The notes under the pieces are model-generated. The model saw only the letters and a program-made list of their open reading frames with translations, did not search any database and was not told the DNA's origin. Positions 28,501 through 35,918 of a DNA stretch of 64,000 nucleotides are shown one piece after another. The DNA lies in assembly GCA_002423615.1 (NCBI GenBank), contig DIKO01000049.1:40264-104263 (forward strand), in the 5' to 3' direction. How positions within the stretch are numbered: the stretch's first letter is position 1; every line of letters starts with the position of its first letter. The position numbers and the translations under genes were made by a program. The stretch is from Desulfobacteraceae bacterium UBA5616. Lineage in GTDB: Bacteria; Desulfobacterota; Desulfobacteria; Desulfobacterales; UBA5616.

Positions 28501-29334
28501 GTGAAAACGCCCGGAAAGAGCCTTGCCGGTAAAATAACTGCCATTGCCGAATCGCGGAAATTTTCCATTCGTTCCGGAAGCCTGCCCACATGGTGCCCGG
28601 GTTGCGGCTATTTCGGTATTCACCAGGGAATCAATGATGCCATTCAGCAGACCGGGATTGCCCATCACCGGGTGGTTGTGGTATCGGGCGTCGGCTGCGC
28701 CGGCCGCTACCCGTTTTTTGTCAATGCGTACGGATTTCATTCGGCTCACGGACGGGCATTGCCTGTAGCGACAGGGGTTAAAACAGCAAATCCGGAATTA
28801 ACGGTTTTTGCCGTTGGAGGAGACGGCGACGGCATCGGCATCGGGGGTGGACATTTGCCCCATGTCGCCAGAAAAGACATCAATATCAATTACATTCTAT
28901 TTGATAATTCAATCTATGGTTTAACCAAGGGGCAACCCTCTCCCAGTTCCCCCATCGGGCTAAAAACCAAAGCTTCGCCCGGAGGAAATGACGCTGCCCC
29001 GCTGAACGCCACCCTGATGGCCCTGGCATACGGTGCCTCTTTCGTGGCGCGCCTGTACGCAGGTGACCCCCGGGCCATTGCAACGGCGGTTTTGGAAGGC
29101 ATCAAACACCCCGGGTTCTCTTTTTTCCACGTTTATACTTCCTGCGTGACCTTTGACAAACAGAATAAAACCTGGGACCACCTCAGAGAACGGACCCATT
29201 CTCTTCCCCGGGATTATGATGCGTCGGACCAAAAAAACGCCATGAACCTCGTCCTCGATGATGATTATGCCATGGGGATAATTTACAAAAAAAAGGGTAA
29301 TCGCCCTGAAGATCAGAGTGATCACCCCTTTTAG
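28501..29334 (+). CDS. korB: 2-oxoacid:ferredoxin oxidoreductase beta (ThDP-binding) subunit
   Basis: PTWCPGCGYFGI and GGDGDGIGIGGGH motifs. The start is a GTG, 6 nt after AAGGAG. Confidence 0.85.
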   Translation: MKTPGKSLAGKITAIAESRKFSIRSGSLPTWCPGCGYFGIHQGINDAIQQTGIAHHRVVVVSGVGCAGRYPFFVNAYGFHSAHGRALPVATGVKTANPELTVFAVGGDGDGIGIGGGHLPHVARKDININYILFDNSIYGLTKGQPSPSSPIGLKTKASPGGNDAAPLNATLMALAYGASFVARLYAGDPRAIATAVLEGIKHPGFSFFHVYTSCVTFDKQNKTWDHLRERTHSLPRDYDASDQKNAMNLVLDDDYAMGIIYKKKGNRPEDQSDHPF

Positions 29335-29352
29335 GATGCAATCGAATCGGGG

Positions 29353-30579
29353 TTAGAAGTTGGTTCCCAGAGCCGCGGGGGTAAACCGCTCCTTATCCAT
29401 GGGGGCATCCGCGGTAATCGTCCATAACAGGTTGTTGCTCCAGAAATTGTTTTTCAGATCGGTCAGGGAAGAAGAGCACTGGGTCCAGGCCGGCTGTTTC
29501 TGAGCCGTGGCATAATTGATGACGGCGTTGACGCATCCTTTCCAAAGGTTGCCCTGTTTGTCGTAAACATGGGCATATATCACGTGATAGACGAAATCCT
29601 CGATAAACAGGGTTTTCCTGGATTCCGGGTGCCGGGGATTCACCGGAACGACATCCACGACGAAAAAGTTCCGGACCTCATAAGGATCGTCAGGACCGTT
29701 GACCACGGGATGCGGATAACCCTTCTCATATTTGGTTCCCGGCACACACTTGGTCTGCTGGGCCATCAGGGCCAGCATCTTTTTTTCGGCGATCAGGGTC
29801 GGTTTCCATTCGTTGAGCCGCCCGTCAAACCCGTAAAAATCATCCCAGGTAAAAGGGGTCCCCCGAACCGGGTTTGCTCTTTCACTGGATACCAGTCTCA
29901 AGGTTCTCCGGAGAGTGGGTATGTAAGTCCACATATCGTCATTTTTCGTCGGATCGTCATACCGCCAGGCCAAGGTGGCCATATCCTTGTTCGGCGGGGT
30001 CCTGGAGTTCAGGAGCAGGGCTGAATAAAGGTTTTGGTTGTTGGGCAGGGTGGGTTTGGGGTCGACGGCGGTCCTGTGGGCATAGAACAGCATGTCGATC
30101 TGGGTCAGATAGCTGCTGATGGGGCCTCCTTTTCTCTGCTGGGTGTACCAGTACCCGTCGTCATAGGAGTATCCGTCCGATCGCCAGCGGTAATAATGAT
30201 TCCACATGATTTTTATGGCTTTGTTGGGTTCCTGGGGATCGGGGAAGGGTTGCCCGGCGATAAATCCCTGGATCGTGCCGTCGGGATTCAGGGTTGTCTT
30301 TCCGGCGTTTTGCTTGGTGGCTTCGGTGTAAGTCGAGGGGACGTCGACATTGGTTTTTCCCTTGACATGAATGACGGCCGGGGAAACGATTCCCCATCCA
30401 TCCTTGATAAAACGCTGCATGATTTCGGGGAAATAATCATTGTATTGATCAATATTGGCGGAATTGATCACGTCTCCCGGTTGAGGATCCGCCGCTATGG
30501 CAGGTCCGATCGGTACCATCCAGATGGATAATAATACAATGAACGCAAAAACCAGGCTCAATCTATTGATTTGAAACAT
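29353..30579 (-). CDS. Secreted DUF1329 family protein (LolA-like fold), copy 2
   Basis: Signal peptide, then GDVINSANIDQYNDYFPEIMQRFIKDGWG and DDMWTYIPTLRRTLRLVSSERANPVRGT, which are collinear with copy 1. The start is placed at the second ATG (30579), 7 nt after GGAGG. Confidence 0.75.
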   Translation of the reverse strand: MFQINRLSLVFAFIVLLSIWMVPIGPAIAADPQPGDVINSANIDQYNDYFPEIMQRFIKDGWGIVSPAVIHVKGKTNVDVPSTYTEATKQNAGKTTLNPDGTIQGFIAGQPFPDPQEPNKAIKIMWNHYYRWRSDGYSYDDGYWYTQQRKGGPISSYLTQIDMLFYAHRTAVDPKPTLPNNQNLYSALLLNSRTPPNKDMATLAWRYDDPTKNDDMWTYIPTLRRTLRLVSSERANPVRGTPFTWDDFYGFDGRLNEWKPTLIAEKKMLALMAQQTKCVPGTKYEKGYPHPVVNGPDDPYEVRNFFVVDVVPVNPRHPESRKTLFIEDFVYHVIYAHVYDKQGNLWKGCVNAVINYATAQKQPAWTQCSSSLTDLKNNFWSNNLLWTITADAPMDKERFTPAALGTNF

Positions 30580-30815
30580 TAACATACCTCCTGATTAGGG
30601 TTGAGCTGTTCCTTTGAAGCAGTTGGTTTTACAACGGCATTCGGAAAAAAGTTCAACAAAATGAATGAAATTTATATAATAGATATTTAAAAAAATATTA
30701 TAAGTCAAGTTAAAAATAAAATCAGCTTTTTTGCCGGCCTTGCCTGCCATGAAGGGATTGGAAACATGGAGGTAGAACCGGTCATATCCAAAAAGACCCG
30801 ATTGGGTCATTGTCG

Positions 30816-30834
30816 AGACGAAATCAAGTCGTCT
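30816..30834. promoter_or_regulatory. Palindrome AGACGA-N7-TCGTCT, candidate activator binding site
   Basis: Perfect 6-bp arms in the divergent region between DUF1329 copy 2 and EBP-3. The same half-site recurs at 46422..46448. Confidence 0.3.
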
Positions 30835-30991
30835 TGACGATTATCTCCTTGACTAAATAAAAAACATTCGTTAACTGAAGCGGTCAAATGTTTTTGAAGG
30901 CGTTGCGATTTTTTTGAAAAACATTCAGAATCCTCCAACACCCCGAAAAATTGCAGCCCGGGCCCTTTAATCAATGAACCTTGGATAACGC

Positions 30992-33900
30992 ATGAGTTTG
31001 AAAGTCCCTGATTTTTCACCAGCGCAATGGGAATTTATAGCCGCAACCCAGGCCTTTGAGGAGCCGGTATCGGTTCATATCATCGGAGCCCTTGTGCCCC
31101 TGTCTCCGGGGGAAATTTTGGATCTGCTTCGAAAAAGCCTTAAATTAAAATGGATTCACAGATCCGAGGAAGACCTGTTTTCATTGACCGCAGATATTCC
31201 CGAGCAGGTGGCGGCTGTTTTACAGAAAATAAATACACCTGAAAAAATCGCGGGAATCATTGAATTTCTTGAAACAAAGGGGCTGGTGGAACAGGTTCCC
31301 GGGGGTGCATATGCCAGACTGCTTCAAAGATCCGGAAAAGAGAAAAAAGCCATCAGGCTGGAAATGGACATGGCCATTGAGGCGCTGAAAAAAGGAGATA
31401 AAGAAGGCGCTAAGGTCCACATCCAGCAAGTGGAGGCCCTGCTTCCCGCCATAGAAGGGTCCCCGGACAGTCATCCCTGGTTTATACAGAGCGCGATCGA
31501 ACTTTCACAACATTGCGAGGCGAGGGCGGTTGGATTTTCCCTGGTATTCGGCCTGTTGGAAAAAGTCCTTGTCATGGCCCACGGCATCGGCGATGAAAGG
31601 AGCTGGACCATCGCTAATTTCCTGCTCGGCAGGGCTTACTGGAGTGTGAATAAACTGCAGGAGGCCATTCAATTTTTATCCAGGGGCAAGGCCAAGGCGG
31701 AGGAACTCGGCGACAGCGATATCCTGACCCAATCCGCCCCGTTTGTCGGCATTTACTATTTTATTAAAGGTCTTCATAACCAGGCCGTCCCCTACCTTGA
31801 AATGGCGGTGGAGTTCGCCGAGGACAGCGACAAGTATCCCATGAATTTTGAATCCCCCATTTTACTCGCCTATTGCGACGTCGACCGGGGAGATTTCCAT
31901 CGGGCTATCGGGAAGATTGATTTTTTCAGGCATTCGGCCCTGCGGGTTGAGGATTACTACATCGCTTCGCTGTATCGCGCGGTTCTGGGCATCATCCTCT
32001 GGCTCATCAAGAAAAGAAAGGAATCCCTGTTCCATCTGGAGAGAAGCCAGACCGACGCTTTGGCCACCCAGAACATGGTAGCGTACTGGACAAGCCTTTA
32101 CGGTCTTTCCGCCTTATATTTGAGTGAAGGGGATATCGAAACAGGACTTGCCATACTGAAACAGGCAATAAAAATCGCTGAGCAATTCGGCATGGGGCAT
32201 CAAATTTTTCACTCCATTTTCCTTGAAAGCTATGCAACGGTTGAACAGGCCGGATGGAAGCTCCCCGCCGGTTGGAGCTTCAACGAACTATTTGAGCGGA
32301 TCATGAGGGAGCCGAATATCCATGTGCAAGGGGTGGCCTTACGTATCCGCGCCTCCAGGACCATGTTGATGTCGCCCTATGAATCCGCGCCGGTGATAAA
32401 GGACCTGGACCACAGCGAAGTGTTGTTGAAAAAATGCGGCGATCCCGTGGAACTGGCCAAAACCCATATTGAAAAAGCCCGGTATTATTTAAAGCAGAAA
32501 GATACGGAAAAGGCAAGGGAACTGACCTATGCGGCATACCAGTTGATGTCCGGATACAGTGAGGTTTTTTTTCCGGATGACCTTCGCTTTCTTCTGGGAG
32601 ATGAGAACAAGGAGATTCGGTCACGGCAGGAACCGGAGGATATGGTCGAACCCTTTGTCCGGATGCTGGAGGAACTGATCCCCGGTCCGTTCCAAACTCG
32701 GGAAATTGATGCCCTGCTGTCCACCCTTTCGCGGTTTTTCAGGGCTGAAAGATCAGCCTTGTTTTTATTTCAGGACCAGAAGGGGAAAAACTATGAAATA
32801 AAGGCTGCGAGAAATTTGTCGCAGAGCATTATTCAGGCTGAAAATTTTCGTGATAACCTGGCCGTCATCTTTAAAAGCGTTCACGAGAAAAAACCCATCG
32901 TCATTCAATCCAGCGGTGTACGAAATCGCCTGGCCTCGGGTAGCCGTTTATCCATGTTATGCCTCCCCTTGATAGAGGACAATAAAGTACTCGGCGTTTT
33001 GTACTTTGATAATTCCTACCTGGACAATTGCTTTGATTTTATCAAAACGCCGACCCTCAGCCGTTTGGGGCACTATTTGACCAACGTTATCGGAAATTAT
33101 TTGCGGATTGAACAGAGAGCCGCGTCCGTGGAAACGACCCCGCAGATGAACACCGTCATGGATATAGCGGGAAATCAAAATATTTTCGCCGAAGATCCCA
33201 ACATGAAGCGTATTTTGCAGCAGGCGGAAAAACAGGCCCGGTCGGATGCGGCCATTCTGCTCATGGGGGAGACCGGGGCCGGAAAGGAAGTACTGGCCAG
33301 GTGGATTCACCGCATGAGCAACCGGAAGCGAAACCCCTTTGTGGTGGTGGATCTGACGACCATCCCCGAGAATTTAATGGAAAGCGAATTGTTCGGGCAT
33401 GAAAAAGGCGCTTTTACGGGAGCGGACCACCAGAAAATCGGCCGTGTGGAATTGGCCCATCACGGCACGTTGTTCATTGATGAAATCGGAGAAATTTCAC
33501 GCGGTCTTCAGACCAAGCTCCTGAGACTTCTTCAGGAGAAATCCTTTGTCAGAATCGGGGGAACAAAGACCCTCATCTCCGATTTTCGGCTCATCTCCGC
33601 AACAAACCGCAATCTTACCGAAGAAATTGCCGCAGGTCGATTCCGCGAGGACCTGTATTATCGGCTGAATGTCCTTGAGCTCACCATCCCTCCCCTGAGG
33701 AACCGGAAAAAGGATATCCTGCCGCTGGCCCGGTATTATCTTCTCCATTATGCCAAAAAATACCATGTTTCAATGCCGGAGATCAACCAGGAACAAGAGT
33801 CGGCGCTTATGGAATATCATTGGCCGGGAAACGTCAGAGAACTTAAAAACGTTATTGAAAGAGCGGTCATTGTTGCCGACGGCGGTCCGCTTGAATTTGA

Positions 33901-34099
33901 TTTCACCCTGAGAAGCCTCGAACACGAAAACAACCCGTTCGCTGATTTACCAAGCCTGGACGAAATTCAACGCCGTTACATCCGATATGTCATGGAGCAC
34001 ACAAAAGGGAGAATCGGAGGTCCGGAAGGCGCAGCTGAAATCCTGGGGATGAAAAGGACAAGCGTCAATTCCAGGATGATTCGCCTGGGTTTGAAATAA
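30992..34099 (+). CDS. sigma54-dependent transcriptional activator (EBP-3), same architecture as EBP-1 and EBP-2
   Basis: GETGAGKE (from 33266), GAFTGA (33407..33424), FREDLYYRLNV, and the HTH AAEILGMKRTSVNSRMIRLGL. The GAF-like block includes LCLPLIEDNKVLGVLYFDNSYLDN. Confidence 0.9.
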   Translation: MSLKVPDFSPAQWEFIAATQAFEEPVSVHIIGALVPLSPGEILDLLRKSLKLKWIHRSEEDLFSLTADIPEQVAAVLQKINTPEKIAGIIEFLETKGLVEQVPGGAYARLLQRSGKEKKAIRLEMDMAIEALKKGDKEGAKVHIQQVEALLPAIEGSPDSHPWFIQSAIELSQHCEARAVGFSLVFGLLEKVLVMAHGIGDERSWTIANFLLGRAYWSVNKLQEAIQFLSRGKAKAEELGDSDILTQSAPFVGIYYFIKGLHNQAVPYLEMAVEFAEDSDKYPMNFESPILLAYCDVDRGDFHRAIGKIDFFRHSALRVEDYYIASLYRAVLGIILWLIKKRKESLFHLERSQTDALATQNMVAYWTSLYGLSALYLSEGDIETGLAILKQAIKIAEQFGMGHQIFHSIFLESYATVEQAGWKLPAGWSFNELFERIMREPNIHVQGVALRIRASRTMLMSPYESAPVIKDLDHSEVLLKKCGDPVELAKTHIEKARYYLKQKDTEKARELTYAAYQLMSGYSEVFFPDDLRFLLGDENKEIRSRQEPEDMVEPFVRMLEELIPGPFQTREIDALLSTLSRFFRAERSALFLFQDQKGKNYEIKAARNLSQSIIQAENFRDNLAVIFKSVHEKKPIVIQSSGVRNRLASGSRLSMLCLPLIEDNKVLGVLYFDNSYLDNCFDFIKTPTLSRLGHYLTNVIGNYLRIEQRAASVETTPQMNTVMDIAGNQNIFAEDPNMKRILQQAEKQARSDAAILLMGETGAGKEVLARWIHRMSNRKRNPFVVVDLTTIPENLMESELFGHEKGAFTGADHQKIGRVELAHHGTLFIDEIGEISRGLQTKLLRLLQEKSFVRIGGTKTLISDFRLISATNRNLTEEIAAGRFREDLYYRLNVLELTIPPLRNRKKDILPLARYYLLHYAKKYHVSMPEINQEQESALMEYHWPGNVRELKNVIERAVIVADGGPLEFDFTLRSLEHENNPFADLPSLDEIQRRYIRYVMEHTKGRIGGPEGAAEILGMKRTSVNSRMIRLGLK

Positions 34100-34226
34100 A
34101 AAGAGGTCATAGATGGACAAAACGACGAAATAAAGTCGCATTTGGGCGGTATTGAGTCGATAACAGGCCTTCATGATTTGCTGAACATCATTTAAATAAA
34201 TAAATAAATACATGATATTGCGTATA

Positions 34227-34242
34227 AGCTCCTTTATGGCAC
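34227..34242 (+). promoter_or_regulatory. sigma54 (-24/-12) promoter P3
   Basis: TGGCAC-ACAGA-TTGCA is an exact consensus match. It lies about 107 nt upstream of the 73-aa ORF and is preceded by an (AAAT)4 AT-tract at 34194..34210. Confidence 0.8.
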
Positions 34243-34348
34243 ACAGATTGCATTATCCTTCTTCAAATCTTATCGATTTATTTTCTGCAATCATTTTCAG
34301 AAGGTCATTCGCAATCAATTCCGACCAGCACTTTAAAGGGGGGGCGTA

Positions 34349-34570
34349 ATGAAAAGAATACTCAAGGACACCAAGGATTCAAAAAAAATTTTTAAGGACA
34401 TGGGAATGAACAAGTGGCGCGAGGTCGCCATTCCCAAAATCAAAAAGGGAGATCGATTCAGAATTTACTCTCAGGCCGGCCGTCCTCTTGAACTGGGGGG
34501 TGAAGAAACCCTTGTGGCCCAGTCCGACGCCTTTCAGGTCGACGGCGTCTGGGCTGTCGAAATCAACTGA
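34349..34570 (+). CDS. Small hypothetical protein (73 aa), first ORF behind P3
   Basis: MKRILKDTKDSKKIFKDMGMNKWREVAIPKIKKGDRFRIYSQ..., with an AAAGGGGGG RBS. No family was recognised. Confidence 0.5.
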   Translation: MKRILKDTKDSKKIFKDMGMNKWREVAIPKIKKGDRFRIYSQAGRPLELGGEETLVAQSDAFQVDGVWAVEIN

Positions 34571-34652
34571 ACCGGTCCCTGGGCCGGAGGGATTCGACAT
34601 ATGAACCCGATTAATTCCTCGGATATGAAATCAACATCAGGAAGGAGGAGGT

Positions 34653-35900
34653 ATGCCACGAGAAGGCAATAAAAGCGGCGTGATTTTAGGAGGGGAGCTT
34701 CCAAGGGAAGTGACCATGCTGGAGCTTTTGTTAAGAGACGGGTTGCAGCATGTGGACAAAGTTATTCCGGCGGAAGCCAAAGTATGGTATGCGGAACAGC
34801 TCGTCAAGGCGGGTTACCGTCATATCGAGGTGACCAATTTTGGACACCCGAAGACCCTGGTTCAGTTCAGGGACGCGGAAGAAGTGCTGGAACGGGTTCA
34901 TAAACTTAAAATTGTCCAGGAGGAAAAACCCCACCTGAAATGTTATGCCATGACCAAAAGGGCCTTTGAACGGGCCGCGGAAATGGCCCAGAAAGGATTT
35001 CCGCCGTCCAGTTGTGCCTTCACCATATCGGCGGAGGACCTCCACGGCAGGAGAAACTCCGGGCGCACCCGTGAGGAATATCTGAAGGAAATCCCAGAGT
35101 TTATTAAAATCGCCGAAGCCAACGGTTTCGAAATCGACATGGCCATTGCCTGCACTTACGGCTCCGCCATCGCCGGTCCGGTTCCTATTGAAAACACCGT
35201 AGAACTCATGGAATGGGGCCTGGATCACGGCATACGGAATTTCACACCCTGCGATACAACCGGCGAATGCAATCCAAGAACCGCCTTCGAATACATGTCC
35301 ACGCTGGTGGACCGGTTCGGTAAACATGACGACCGGATCAAATTCAGGGTTGCTCATTTTCATGAGGGCAGGGGAATGTCTCTTGCCAACACCATCGCCT
35401 GTATCCAGGCCGGCGCGGAGATCGTTGAAAGCTCGGTGGGCATGGGCGGCGGCCAGCCTGCTTTTTTTGTGGAAGGCATTCCCGGAAAGGGCAGCGGACC
35501 CATTTATACCAATTCCTGGGAAGTGGGAAACTGCCCCACGGAAGACGCCCTGGTCATGATCGATGAGATGGGGATCGAGACGGGTATCGATATTGACCAG
35601 ATGCTTTGTATCGGCCGCGTGTTTGAATGGACCATGCAGCGCACCCTGCCGGTCTGGACCACCAAGTCCGGACGGCCCATTAAATATCCCGTTCAGTGGT
35701 GTATCCCCGGAAACAGCCTGGAACATATACCGCCCTATGGTCCGCCCCAGATGTTCTGGGCGTCTCCTGAAAAATACATACCTGCCTCAAAGGAATTTAT
35801 CGACCGGGAGTTCTCCGGCAGAAGTTTTAAATGGGGCAAGACCAAGGACTGCGAGGACGAATATTGTCGGATCGAAATTTTTGAAGATGAAGACAAATAA
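34653..35900 (+). CDS. HMG-CoA lyase-like (DRE-TIM metallolyase) protein with C-terminal extension
   Basis: LLLRDGLQHV matches the RDGLQ motif typical of HMG-CoA lyases. HFHEGRGMSLANTIACIQAG matches the H.H...G..AN metal site. Strong RBS GGAAGGAGGAGG. The 415-aa length exceeds typical HMGL. Confidence 0.75.
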   Translation: MPREGNKSGVILGGELPREVTMLELLLRDGLQHVDKVIPAEAKVWYAEQLVKAGYRHIEVTNFGHPKTLVQFRDAEEVLERVHKLKIVQEEKPHLKCYAMTKRAFERAAEMAQKGFPPSSCAFTISAEDLHGRRNSGRTREEYLKEIPEFIKIAEANGFEIDMAIACTYGSAIAGPVPIENTVELMEWGLDHGIRNFTPCDTTGECNPRTAFEYMSTLVDRFGKHDDRIKFRVAHFHEGRGMSLANTIACIQAGAEIVESSVGMGGGQPAFFVEGIPGKGSGPIYTNSWEVGNCPTEDALVMIDEMGIETGIDIDQMLCIGRVFEWTMQRTLPVWTTKSGRPIKYPVQWCIPGNSLEHIPPYGPPQMFWASPEKYIPASKEFIDREFSGRSFKWGKTKDCEDEYCRIEIFEDEDK

Positions 35901-35918
35901 CTGAAAAAGGAGCCATTG

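Noticed and set aside
27448-28749. 433-aa minus-strand ORF
   Set aside because: It spans the korA/korB junction on the opposite strand. The translation is Arg/Gly/Pro-rich nonsense, whereas korA and korB carry diagnostic motifs.
30595-31019. Two small minus-strand ORFs (71 and 70 aa) in the AT-rich DUF1329/EBP-3 spacer
   Set aside because: They are AT-rich translation artefacts with no RBS. They would collide with the proposed divergent regulatory region.
34731-35726. 331-aa minus-strand ORF
   Set aside because: It is antisense to the HMGL-like gene and is a shadow ORF. The same applies to 36456..37271 (antisense to the ThDP enzyme gene).
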